Source: Octopus bimaculoides (Eukaryota). Taken from it: 64,000 bases of DNA. Below are positions 40,110-52,690 of this stretch, piece after piece. Both the position numbers and the translations under genes were made by a program. The first letter of the stretch is position 1, and each line of letters opens with the position of its first letter. The stretch covers positions 11,075,730 to 11,139,729 of the forward strand of contig NC_068997.1 in NCBI RefSeq assembly GCF_001194135.2, in the 5' to 3' direction. A model generated the notes under the pieces. The model saw only the letters and a list, made by a program, of their open reading frames with translations. It searched no databases and was not told the DNA's origin.

Positions 40110-41355
40110 GAATTAAAAGCATTAAAAAACCGATATCCATTAGTCGAAAGATAAATGGACATAGATACGTTGAAATTTATGGTTACAGTATTCCAAATAT
40201 GCTGTAGAGCGTATCTTACTCTGGCATAGAATGAATAATCTGGTACCTAAGGAAAATAATAAAGCTTGAAGCAGGATACAAGAGGTGAATATTTTTGATA
40301 CTATAAGCGTAATTTTACAGCCACTTTTTTCTCAAACACTGAAATTGAACTAAAAGCATATATGAATGCAGACAAACAGGCTAACGTAATGTGATACATT
40401 CTCAGAGTCTATGCAGAAATAGAAATAAGGGGCTTGCACGAAATAGTACTATTAAAACCGAAACCACAGGAATGAAGTCATTGCGAATGCAACCTGGAGA
40501 ATTGCACCAACGCATGCAAAATGAAATAATCAAGATAAAACAGACAACACAATAAATTCTAAATCCGCGAACCACTATAGAATATAGACCAAATTAAACG
40601 GAACTAGATCAACAGAGTGAAGCCTGAATAAAACTGGAAAATGAATGATTTAAGACAAGAGAGTTCTGACTATCGAAGTTATGGATATAACGTTGTTTAC
40701 ATGACATTGAGTCAAGTTTTTGTGTCTGTGAATATCCCAGCCAAAATTAATCAGAAACGTCTATAAATTGAAAAGATATGGATTAGAGGGTAGAGATAAA
40801 GAAAAGAGTGATAGAAGTCGAGGATAAGACTGAAAGCGAAGTGTGAGTAGAGGATGGGTTAGAGTGTCATAATATGATTCGCTACACAAAACTTTTACAT
40901 TGTGACTTATGGTATTGTGAGACAGATTACATTCAGCAGATACACTCACATACACAGACAGATACATACATACACACATACACTCACACACACTAGGTAT
41001 ATAGATTTATAAACGCACGTTCACACTCATATCTACATTACTATAGACCTATTCTTATATGCACACATATATTTCAGTATATTCTTCAAAAGAAGCACAT
41101 ACGTACAAAGACACAGATAGTAACTTGAACACATATACTATACAGATAACATAACAATCCCCAATACCTAAAATGTTAGACACCAACTGAAGACGAGGAT
41201 ACCTTATCTATAGCAGAGTTGTTTATATATTTATTGTAATCCGTCATACTTGACAACTTTCTACTCTTCATTACAAACTAAAAAGAAGAGCAATTTTCAG
41301 ATACTATTTTCCCATTATCTACACCTCCTCTTTCATCTCACGAGTGAGTTCGGCT

Positions 41356-41359
<4 letters not shown>

Positions 41360-41415
<56 letters not shown>

Positions 41416-41487
41416 GACAGAGAGAGAGAGACAGAGAGGGAAGGATAGAAAGGGAAAGACAGAGAGGGAGTGAGAGAGAGAGAGAGG
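41360..41487. repeat. (GA)n microsatellite
   Basis: Directly visible. Confidence 0.97.
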
Positions 41488-41731
41488 GGGGGGGGGCGTG
41501 CGTGTGCGTGCGCGTGCATGTGTGGAATTGTGCGAAAGGGATTGGAATATGCAGTGTGACAAAGTAAAGAAAAGGAAAAAGCAGACGGAAGAGGCCAGGT
41601 GAATATTCTGTAATAGTTAGGATTCTATTTAAATTGTAGAATATATTATCTTTAGTTTCAACTTAAGCTAGTGATATATATGATCATTTCAAAAAAGAAA
41701 TACTATTGGTTTTAATGCCACTCCTTATACA

Positions 41732-41965
41732 AAGGCAGGGAACTGGCAGAAACGTTAGCACGTCGGGCAAAAAGCTTAGCGGTATTTCGTCTGCCATTAC
41801 GTACTGAGTTCAAATTCCACCGGGGTCAACTTTGCCTTTCATCCTTTCGATGTCGATAAATAAAGTACCAGTTACGCACTGGTGTCTATGTAATCTACTT
41901 AATCCTTTTGTCTGTCCTTGTTTGTACCCTCTATATTTAGCCCATTGTGGGCAATAATGAAATAA
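41732..41965 (+). mobile_element. Full-length family-A SINE with the ttaatcc...gggcaataa.gaaataa tail
   Basis: Intact head, B box (gagttcaaattcc), core and tail. Confidence 0.92.
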
Positions 41966-42140
41966 GAAACGGTAGCACGCCGGGCGAAATGCATAGCGGC
42001 ATTTTGACCGTCTTTGCCTGAGGTCGATTTTACCTTTCATATTTTTGGAGTCGATAAATTAAGTACCTGTTGCGTACTGCGGTCGATCTAATTGACTGGG
42101 CTTCTCCGCCAAAATTTCGGGCCTTGTGCCTGGAATAGAA
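41966..42140 (+). mobile_element. Family-A SINE lacking the first ~17 nt, with the ggccttgtgcc-type tail
   Basis: Begins gaaacggtagcacgccgggcgaaatg directly after the previous copy's tail. Confidence 0.88.
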
Positions 42141-42325
42141 ATTAATATCTTTCTTTATATTTCTCACAAATAACAGAACTCTTATATTCCTTCTTTTTAT
42201 TGTTTGTTTGAGATTATTCAATTATCGTCTAGCTATATGTTTCTTTCCAATGCAATGCTTGGTTTTCTTTCACTCTATTGGGAAAACAAAAATGTTATAG
42301 CGAAAATTAAGAAATAGGTAATAAC

Positions 42326-42514
42326 GGTTTCAAATTTTGCTGCAAGGGAAGCAATTTTGGGAATAAGGCGATCACATCGACCCCAGTGTTTAACTGCTGC
42401 ATATTTTATCGGCCTTAAAAGGATAAAAGGCGACCTCGGCGGAATTAGACCTCAGAACGAAATACTGTTAAGCGCTTTGTCAAGTGCGCTAACGATTCTG
42501 CCAGCACGCAGCCT
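42326..42514 (-). mobile_element. Family-A SINE, inverted relative to 41732-42140
   Basis: ggtttcaaatttt..catcgaccccagt..gacctcggcggaatt..gctaacgattctgccagc. Confidence 0.85.
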
Positions 42515-43650
42515 TACAGGAAGTACGTAATATGGTGAAAATGTTCAATCATATTTGCAGTTTTCTCTAAAATCCTCTTGCCGTATGAATTCATTTATGT
42601 TCCATCAGACGAATAAGGACTCCCCAGCATCCGCGTAGTATTAAGTTCAATATATCGCAGAAACGTAAACTGGTGAATTACATTCGTTAAATTAAGCTTT
42701 AAATATTTAAATAAACATAAACATATAGCGTAAAAGATGAAAGAATATCATTAAAACCATCATCAATGTTTCTAATGATGAAATGAAACGAAATTAATAT
42801 GGGGCTGCGGTCCTTCAATTGACAAAAGAAGCCATGAAAATAATATATCAAGTGTTTATTAAGTTATATTTATTAAAATATTATTCTGAGTGCATTTTAT
42901 AATTTGCCTCTCCATTTAATTTGGAGTAATCAGTAAATTCAAAATTAAAGATGTTAGGCAACAACCCATTAGGCACACACGCACTCAAACACACGTTCAA
43001 GCACACAGACGCACACAGACGCACATACACACGCACATAGATCTGAATATTTATATTAAAGTTTAGGTTGGAGACTTTAAAATGTAGTGTCAAAAACTCT
43101 ATGATAGTTTAATAGACAGAAATTTGCAGAGTAGGATAAATAACGAGAGAGTGTTTGGTGATCAGTTAAGGGATAAAAGGATAGGCAGATGTGAAAATAT
43201 GCAGTGGCATTATTCTCACTACTCTGATTTAAAATTCTCGCCATGAACTTAATTAAATACTTTCGACAGAATTTAAGTTTCGGTCTATTGCAAAGTATCG
43301 TCTCCAGTTTTCAGATTCACCGATTCTTTCGGAAATAGACGGAATATTTCTTTAAGATTTCATACCATTATGAAGGCATTTGATTCATTCATGCAATAAA
43401 GACATATGGAATAAAAATAAATTAATTAGCATCATTGCTAAAAGTTTTGCATATATGGGATAAATATTAATCACAGTAATATAATCTCCAATTGGTCGCC
43501 AAATTAATTAGATATAACTGACGCACGTAGTTAATGGGTTTCTGTCGTGATGAAATGACTATTAATTATCCAGTGAATATATCTAAAAAAAACATCTAGG
43601 TGTTTATGACCCCTTTTTAAGTGTTTCAACATCTGTCAGGTCTTCATTCT

Positions 43651-44064
43651 TTTCTTATTTCTTTATTGCCCACAAGAGGATAAACATAGAGGGGACAAAC
43701 AAGGACAGACAAAAGGATTAAGTCGATTAGTTCGACCCCAGTGCGTAACTGGTACTTAATTTATCGACCCCGAAAGGATGAAAGGCAAAGTCAACCACGG
43801 CGGAATTTGAACTCAGAACGTAACGGCAGACAAAATACCGCTAAGCACTTCGCCCGGCGTGCTAACGTTTCTTATTTCTTTATTGCGCACAAGGGGCTAA
43901 ACATAGAAGGGAAAAACAAGGACAGACAAAGGGATTAAGTCGATTACATCGCCGACAGTGCGTAACTGGTACTTAATTTATCGACCCCGAAAGGATGGAA
44001 TGCAAAGTTGACCTCAGCGGAATTTGAACTCGGCGTGCTAACGTTTCTGCCAGCTCCCCGCCTT
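43651..44064 (-). mobile_element. Head-to-tail dimer of family-A SINEs (junction at 43871/43872)
   Basis: Two copies of the ttatttctttattgc..acaagg..gacaga..aagtcgatt..gtgcgtaactggtacttaatttatcgaccccgaaagg..ggcgtgctaacgtttc unit with a single head; the headed unit has an internal deletion. Confidence 0.93.
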
Positions 44065-45880
44065 CGTTGAATATCTTCATTCTTTTCTTGACGGAATTGT
44101 CTCTTTACTCAGACTTTATTTAGAATTGCTTGCTTTTTTTGGAGATACAGAAACATTGGTCTAGATTCGTTATCTTTGAGGAGCTGTTAGAATATTTTTC
44201 TATTGTACATCTGTGCAGTAGCAGAAAAAGCCAACTCAAATAATTTTTTTCATAACTCGAACAAAACGAGAGATCTGTTTTTTTTATATTCAAGGAGTCT
44301 ATTAAATTCTAAGCAGCTGCCGCAATTTAAAACAAAGTTATTTAATATAAATAACAAAAGTTGCGTAAAAGGTAAAACACCTACTGACTGTCCAACAAAT
44401 GATCAACGCAGATCAGCAGCTTTAGACAAAAGCAATTTGGAGCGTTGGCTGAGAAGAAAAGACTAGTATTTTTAGGAAATCTTTTGTAATGATTTTCTAG
44501 ACGTGGGATGCCTCCCACCTTCTTAAGACATGATAATTACGATAGAAATCTTATGTTTTTTTTTCTGGTTTGAGAAGAAGGTGGGAGGCTTTTCCAAGAA
44601 ATAATGAGATTGAATGGGTTATTTCTCAGCAGGCATCAATATACATATGAATATATCTGAGAGTGGGGATTTAATTTTGGTAGCAAGAAATATTCTGCCT
44701 TTATTATGATTGGTTACTAATTTTAAGCATACTCTCTTCTACTACAGAGCTATGATGAAGACCAAATTTCTAATATTTGATATCTTGTTCTCCTGGGAAT
44801 CCAGGTTTTCTGTGATATTTTTTATCATATTTTGAATGGCCAGAATAGAATGGAGCAACAATACGTTTTCATAAAGGTGTGAATCTATAAATCAGCGCAA
44901 CTTCTCGAAACAGAATATGGAGACTCGAGTATGCAGCTTATTAATTTTTTGTGGGCTGTACAATTACATGTAAAGTAAGAAAAACTAGTGTTTGTGTGAT
45001 GAAAGAGCGAGTAAAACTGGTAAGTCCACTCAAACTTTACAAAATCACAAAAAACAGAAGCAACACATCAAGGGTAATAATGTCCGTACACAAATATTTT
45101 CAGCTTAACGTGCATCGAATATAGAACAACAGCATAGCTTGCGAATATTAGATATTACACGGAGAAATTTACAATTATTACGACATTATGTTTATACAAC
45201 GGGCGCTTCTTCCCTAATACTATATTCCAGAAAGGAAAAGCAGCATAACTTTGTCAAGTTGCATCAAAAGAGGTGGTTTTTTTACGGTCTCCAATGAGAA
45301 ATAGGAGAAAACACTCACAGACAGATATTGGAACTAGCTTCATAAGTTTCGGGAAACAATACAGTATGATGTGCACCGATTTGACGACAGTATTAATAAG
45401 AAAAGTAATAAACAAGTGAAAAACGAATATATAATACGTGTGTTTATTTTGAAAAAAAACAAGACAAAATGAGCATTTGGAAACACAAATATATATATAT
45501 ATATCATTCTTGAGGGTATGTTGGACGACATGTTATCTAGGAAATAAATGAAGTCATATCACAGACTGTAGCGAATAGATTTTTGCGATTGATACCAATA
45601 CTTTTCTTTACATTACAAGTCGGCTAAGTAAATGACTTACCTACTACGAATATAGCTTAAACGTCTCTGTGCTCCCTAGCACTGAACATTATAGAAAATA
45701 GACTCCGAGACTGAGTGAACGAGATAATGTAATTTGTTGCACGGGAGATGTGCACGCATTATAAGCTTCTTTTAAATTTATTTATTATGTGTATTAATGT
45801 TATAATATTTCTATGTAATTATTGTTTCTCGTAACGTTGTTTTTAAGTTGTCCTTACTTCTATAAACTCTCACAGCTTAC

Positions 45881-45929
45881 CTCAAATGTTACAGAACTTG
45901 TTTCTCCTTCTCCATATACTTTCTCTAAC
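45881..45929 (-). CDS. Candidate 49-nt exon (-LEKVYGEGETSSVTFE)
   Basis: GAG|gtaagc donor and ctataag acceptor; the peptide loosely resembles a degenerate EF-hand loop. Confidence 0.2.
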
Positions 45930-46916
45930 CTTATAGATTGAACGTTTCATATATTGTATTTTTATAAGAATTGTTTACATTACTTCGAATGCCTCCTCCT
46001 CCTGTCTTCTTTTCATCATCATCATCATCATCATCATCATTATTATTATTATTATGATTACCATCGTTGTGGTTGTTGCAGTTGCTGTTGTTGTGACAGA
46101 GATGTATAGACGTGCTTAAATATTTAGAACAATTTTTCTTGTGATTTTTGGCGAAATATATTTGTTATTAATCCTGGGCGGAAATATTTTGGACTTATCT
46201 AGCCTATTTTTCTTACCGAAATCACGAACAACACACTTCTATTTTATGTCTCTATACACAATTAAAACGCAGTCGATATGTGTTCTATTCGCCGTAAATA
46301 TCTCCTAAATACTCTATTTCGATTTCTTTTTCCAATACATTGCTGTATATTTTCTTTTCCCAAGAACTTTCGTGTTGACACTCTTAAAACATCTTCAAAT
46401 ATCAGAAAGTTTTAGGTTGATGCCCAATGTTTTGTGTAGATTGATATTTAAAGACTTTATTGTACACTTTTATTCTAATAAAAGAAAATATTTGATTTCA
46501 ATTTCCACAAAAACAAGTGGTTAACTCCTAATATATTTGATAGTGGCTCAGACGTTTTATTTGAAGTACTTTATCCATTTGTATGAACAGAAGTATACAT
46601 TTGTGAAGATGAATGACTTTAAGGTGTATTGTAGTTACTTAAAGTGTTATCAGAGACACGTTTCCATGGTAATATTTTCCTGATATGTAACAGTGGACGA
46701 ATTTAATCTGCAATGGTCTTCGTTTGTATTGAATTCCTTCTTTAATTCTATCGCCGCGGAGATAAATATCGTAAAATGGCATTTATTATATGAATTAGTC
46801 AAACTCTTAGCTTAGTTATTCGGTAACATGCTATTATATTTCTGATTCATTTGGACATTGATTTCCAGTTACGATTCAGGGAGTGGTTTCTAAACGGCTT
46901 TAGTTTACTTCGCTTA

Positions 46917-46948
<32 letters not shown>

Positions 46949-47884
46949 ATGATAATAATAAACCGGTAATAATAATGATGATGATGATGATGCTGATGAT
47001 GATGATGACGATGATGATGATCATCATCATATACTCTCTTACATTTTCAACTATGCACTTCATATTCCAGCACACTAAGCCCTTCCTATATCACATTTAA
47101 ATTAATCGAGAACGCATATATTTCCTTATATGATATCCTGCTTGCCATTTGATCGGCAAAAGCTTATATTTCCGTCGGATTATAGATTACTATAACAAGA
47201 ACGTAATTTTAATCTGCATCTCTCGGAAGAATTAATTAAACTCTACATTGAAAAATTTTGGGAAAAGTACAAAAGAAATGCCACGACATTCAAGCAACAT
47301 TTAATAATATTCTATTTGTTATCTATAAATAGATGACGCACACTGTCTCTTAGTGCTGTGTGTTTTGAAGTGATAGCAATGGTTCTACAACATATGAACA
47401 CGAAACAACATTTGTCCAGTAAATAGTTATTTGATAAATATATAAGAAACAAAAGTAGCTGGAGTAAACTATTTTAATAAAACCTAGATGCTGAAGAGGA
47501 TTTGCTATTTTATATAGTTTCTATATTTCTACCCTATCGAACTAAGTTAAATACTAATACAATTAACGCTAATATGGTTGCTCAGTAAAAGATTCTGTAC
47601 CTAGAATCCACGGTGTGATACGGTTTAAGTAATCAAATATAAACATATGGAAGCGTCATGAACATTTTAGAAATTGTAGAGCTTCTCTTACGTTTAACTT
47701 TGGCAGACTTGGCTCTGCATGTGACCTAGAAGAAACGCGTCTGGCTGTGAAATACGTTTTAATTTCATTATGTTAGTGATACATTTTGATAAATGTGATA
47801 AAGTCAATTTCTTGGATGCACTTTGACCACAGTCTATGAGTCGTTGTCATGTGTTCTGGTAGCGGGCGGATCCAGCACATCGAG

Positions 47885-47934
<50 letters not shown>

Positions 47935-47969
47935 AAGGGCATTATTATAGAAAAATGATAACGCCTTAT

Positions 47970-48445
47970 NNNNNNNNNNNNNNNNNNNNNNNNNNNNNNN
48001 NNNNNNNNNNNNNNNNNNNNNNNNNNNNNNNNNNNNNNNNNNNNNNNNNNNNNNNNNNNNNNNNNNNNNNNNNNNNNNNNNNNNNNNNNNNNNNNNNNNN
48101 NNNNNNNNNNNNNNNNNNNNNNNNNNNNNNNNNNNNNNNNNNNNNNNNNNNNNNNNNNNNNNNNNNNNNNNNNNNNNNNNNNNNNNNNNNNNNNNNNNNN
48201 NNNNNNNNNNNNNNNNNNNNNNNNNNNNNNNNNNNNNNNNNNNNNNNNNNNNNNNNNNNNNNNNNNNNNNNNNNNNNNNNNNNNNNNNNNNNNNNNNNNN
48301 NNNNNNNNNNNNNNNNNNNNNNNNNNNNNNNNNNNNNNNNNNNNNNNNNNNNNNNNNNNNNNNNNNNNNNNNNNNNNNNNNNNNNNNNNNNNNNNNNNNN
48401 NNNNNNNNNNNNNNNNNNNNNNNNNNNNNNNNNNNNNNNNNNNNN
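47970..48445. other. Assembly gap (N)
   Basis: N run. Confidence 1.
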
Positions 48446-49761
48446 ATATATATATATATACACGTTTAAAATGTTCTCTTATGCACGCTTAAAATGTATT
48501 CACTTGTTTTCAAATGTATTATTTTCTAATTTTCTAACATTCAATGGCCATTTCACAACCAGTGGCCTTCAGGCCACTGTTATGTTTAAGCCTAAACATT
48601 TTCCTGTACGATTTAATAATAGCTTTATAGATTGAAATTGAGCTCATATTTTGCCTGTTTGTATCGCAATGTACGGCAAATTTCTTTTCTATTTTAGTTT
48701 TGTTATATTTTCTCTGTATCATTGCTGTATCTATTAATGTGTTTTATCTGATGATAACGAATTGCTTTGAGTGTTTCAAGTATCAAATGCAAAACTGACG
48801 AAAGACATATGTTCCTTCATAACTAAATGCAAATCATAATATCAAGACAATGCGGCATCATGTGCTGCGGCAGTTTGAACTGAATTGATACTTGTCATAA
48901 CAGAAGTGGCCTTTACAAAAACTCATTTCCATACATACAATGAACGGTATGTATATAATGCACATTTTTACGAAGTGGCCGCTATGCATGGATAGACATT
49001 GAGGCCTATCCCTATGTAAGGAAAAGATGTTACGATGGAGTGGGCACACGTAATTTAGTAAAACGATATACACTATAACAGTGAATATGATATCCAAGTC
49101 ATCTAGAATAGGGTATAAACGATACCCTAGCAACGTCACAATAAATTTATAGAAGTGGATTCTATAATTGTACAGAGGAACCAAAAAATACGTTCCAAAT
49201 TTTCGAGTTTCAATATCATCATAAAGCAAAGGCTGTCCATAAATGGTTTTCAAGGTAAAACAATTAAACTTGCTACAAGAAATAATGTTTCATACAGAAA
49301 TGACAAACGAAACAGCAAATATGTAAACAAACTATCCTATTCAATGCGTTAAAAAAGGTTTGAAACGCAAATTACCACAGTTTAATCGAAGATATCTATA
49401 GGGAGCATTACCATTGTCTACATTAGTCCATGATTATTTTAGACGGGAAAAATTTACAGTTTACAATGAATAAAATACACAGTTTATAAAGACTAAGATA
49501 GAAGAATAAATTAGTAAAATAGAAGAAAGAGTAAAAATAGTTAGAAGAATATAGGCAGGAGAATAATGTTCACAACTCATCTTTTTCCAGAAGAAACGGG
49601 TGTTGGACGGTACTTACATGAATGTAGAGAGTTTTAGTTAAAATCGAAGGTAAATCCAGGCAATATTTTGGCAGTATTCTGAATGATGTATTCATATTGT
49701 AAATATGTATATAAAGCGAGAAGTTATAATGGACATAAATGGGTTTTGTGAGTGGGTATAT

Positions 49762-49762
<1 letters not shown>

Positions 49763-49817
<55 letters not shown>

Positions 49818-49870
49818 GAGAGAGAAAGAAAGATAGAGAGAGAGAAAGAGAGAAAGAGAGAAGAGAGAGT
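49763..49870. repeat. (GA)n-rich tract
   Basis: Directly visible. Confidence 0.95.
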
Positions 49871-50247
49871 ATCCTTGGCCGCATATGTTCCTTTCTCTAA
49901 TTGTTTCAAGGTTTCCATTTGCACCGCACATTCTTAATACGATACACCAACAGTCAACGTGAGGCTCCCTTTTACAGTATGAACTTTTTGTAGTCGATAG
50001 CATTTTGTTGTTGCAGAAAATATTGTACCATTATCCATTAGTACACTGCAGAGGTATATATAGCAGCTGAAGCAGACGTATAAATGTCGTGGACCCAATC
50101 CAATAAAGGAGAATCTATTATTTGGCAGAAAGCGGCATACGGACATCCTGTCTTTTATTCCACACAAGCATTCTGCCTTCTAACTCTGTATCATGTTTCA
50201 CTAAAACAATATTTTCTGGGTCTTGGGAGATGATTGACGTCATTCAC

Positions 50248-50296
50248 GTCCATCATTATCCGAATCCACATCAGCTACTACATTTATTAATTCCTT
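50248..50296 (-). CDS. Candidate exon encoding an EF-hand E-helix and Ca2+ loop (KELINVVADVDSDNDG-)
   Basis: ggtttatcatttttcttag acceptor, GGAC|gtgaat donor, phase 0 to 1. Aligns with calmodulin ELQDMINEVDADGNG, with D-x-D-x-D-G at loop positions 1-6. Confidence 0.45.
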
Positions 50297-51390
50297 CTAA
50301 GAAAAATGATAAACCTTTTGTAAGCTTTATATGCAAACACTCAAGACGGACTCTAACTGCTTCAGTGGATTTGTGAAATTCATGGTCACATACACGTTCA
50401 AGTGTTTAAACCAAAACAAAATATTAAAAACATCCTACATCTCTCGATGACAATTACATTTGCTAGCAACGGAAATAATATTATTGATGTGCACATAATT
50501 TCTATTTCCATTAATAATTAAAGAAGATAATTTTGATATTTGCATTTAATTAGAATGCGATACTTAATTTAACATAATTTCAGCAGGTCCAGAAATATTT
50601 TGGCTGAGCGAAATTTTTGAATCGTGATACAATGTTTAGTTGGAACATATCAAAGTACTCTATTACATCACCTTTGAAAATACGCTTGTTCAGAAATTGC
50701 TAGTTTCGCAATTCATGTTATCTGATTTCTTTAATAAAATAACTATAATTCAACGATATTTTAACCACCACATTTGACTTATCAGCAGCCTTTGGGAATC
50801 AAATTCAATAAATATTGCATGTCATTTTTACAATAAACATTCTTGTTTATTTTTAACTATCTTCGATCAATAATTGCAGTTACACTCTGCAGAAAAGTAG
50901 AGTCATAGTCTTCGTAGAAACTTGATAGGTAATACAATTTCAAGGCCAGAAGTTAATACCCAATTACAGAATTGAGGTTAATATTCTATGAATATAATAA
51001 ATATATTATTCTTTTGTGAAATGCGCATACGACGACAGGATTACTAATCTTATTGGTTTCAACAATATTCTATATTTCTGGTTATCTATTTATTTCGAAA
51101 TCTATTATCAAAGGCATTTCGATAATCCCTTGGAAACAATATAATTCTCGAACATTTTGTGATCTGTAAATAAATACTTTCATGTCTAGATATAATTTTA
51201 CATAACACTACGAACGATAATATCAGTATTCCAAGGAGCTCTATAGAGTGCAACAAAACGTGTAGCATCTCGAACAGAATGACATGGGCAACACTGCACA
51301 AAAGAAAGAAAAACATGCATCATATAGATACCTTGGGGTGTTACTGGCATTTCATAATCAACAATACGCATTCGTTCATTCGTAATCTAC

Positions 51391-51536
51391 TTTAGAAATA
51401 AATTGCCAGTTCTTCTTTCGTGCTCCGTCAGCTAGGAGGAGGCATTCGTCACTTCTCTCGTTAATTATAACACTTCTGTGTGGAACTTGTTCAATAGTTA
51501 TGTTTAACAAATCTAATAAGAACTGCAGTTGCTTTC
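51391..51536 (-). CDS. Candidate exon (-KQLQFLLDLLNITIEQVPHRSVIINERSDECLLLADGARKKNWQFISK)
   Basis: gtattttctttag acceptor, single open frame, weak gtagat donor; phase-compatible with 50248-50296. Confidence 0.18.
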
Positions 51537-51971
51537 CTAAAGAAAATACTGTGGCTCTAGTGATTTTATACCCACAACGATATTTAACATAGTAAAAGCA
51601 TTAAAATCACCCGTTAGGAATTCTCATTTGCAGTGTAGAAGAACTTAATAAATATCGTCATGAAACGATTGACGTATCCTGTCATATGCTACACAAATAC
51701 CGTAATTATAGAGGCCCGGAAGAACTACAAATCCGACCTCAGCATGATTTGAATTCAAAACAGAAGCAAAAACTGGATACAACAAACTATTTAGTATTAA
51801 TATAATATAAGGAACGGATATACTATATAATATGAATGTAGCGATATTGCATTAGCATGATATTTCGAACAGTTGTTTAACTACATTCAAGCATATTTGG
51901 CTTGAATAGCGTACTGGTAACAACGCTTTTCTAGGATTATTTTCATTCTTATATTTTCTTCCTTTCCTTTT

Positions 51972-52085
51972 AGAATGCCGGGGTGTTGAAATGCAAAGTT
52001 AATTCGGTGGAGTTTGAACTTAAGATGTAATGGGTCGGAAGAAATAGATCTAGGCATTTGGTACGACGACCATGCAGCCTTTGAA
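51972..52085 (-). mobile_element. Very degenerate family-A-like SINE
   Basis: gaaatgcaaagtt..ggtggagtttgaactta..gaagaaata..ggcattt. Confidence 0.4.
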
Positions 52086-52140
52086 CTCGATAAATGAAAA
52101 ATATCAATATAAATATAAATATAACAATATAAATATTAAT

Positions 52141-52240
52141 GGAGGTGCGGAGGTGGTAGTGTGGTAAGAAGCTTGCTTCCCAACTGTAAGGCTCCGGTTT
52201 CAGTCTCACCATGTGGCACCTTGGGCAGGAATCTTCTAAT
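52141..52240 (+). mobile_element. Family-B SINE 5' part (tRNA-like head plus CORE-like segment)
   Basis: gtgtggtaagaagcttgcttcccaac..ggtttcagtctcac..gtggcaccttgggcagg. Confidence 0.8.
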
Positions 52241-52564
52241 ATATATATATATATATATGGAAAAAATGTCAAGGTAGAAAATGCTAAAATAATCTTATAA
52301 AAAAACATTTTCGTACCGGTTTCAATCATTGAGACTGTTTCAACTGTATCGAAAACAATGAAATTTTCGAAAAATTAAATGAAATGTGTTTTTAAAAGAA
52401 TATTTGCTTAGTATTCAAATACAACGAGCATTTTCCTTGTTTCTGCCTGTCTCTGTCTCTCTTGTTTACTCTTGTGGGTTCGAGGTAGTGAATTATTGGC
52501 AGAGAAGAAGGACGAGGAGGACGAGAAGAAGAAGTATTGTGTGTCTGTTTTTGTCCCCCACCGT

Positions 52565-52690
52565 AGCTTAGGTACCAGGCTTTAAAAAATAATTATTGAA
52601 GTCGATTCATTCGACTAAAACGTCAAGGCGGTGACCTGCATGGCCACGCTCTATTGACTGAAACGAGTAAAAGAATATTAGAATAAAAGG
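52565..52690 (+). mobile_element. SINE 3' part with LINE-like tail
   Basis: ggtaccaggctt..gtcgattcattcgactaaaa..aaggcggtgacctgcatggccac..gactgaaacgagtaaaagaat. Confidence 0.65.

Noticed and set aside
48858-49253. 131-aa minus-strand ORF
   Set aside because: No domain, composition reflects AT-rich codons and there are no convincing splice boundaries; within chance expectation for this window size.
51086-51316. CCPCHSVRDATRFVALY as a LAPTM-like N-terminus, and the hydrophobic alternative frame
   Set aside because: No transmembrane helix follows in the Cys frame; the hydrophobicity of the other frame is explained by T-richness.
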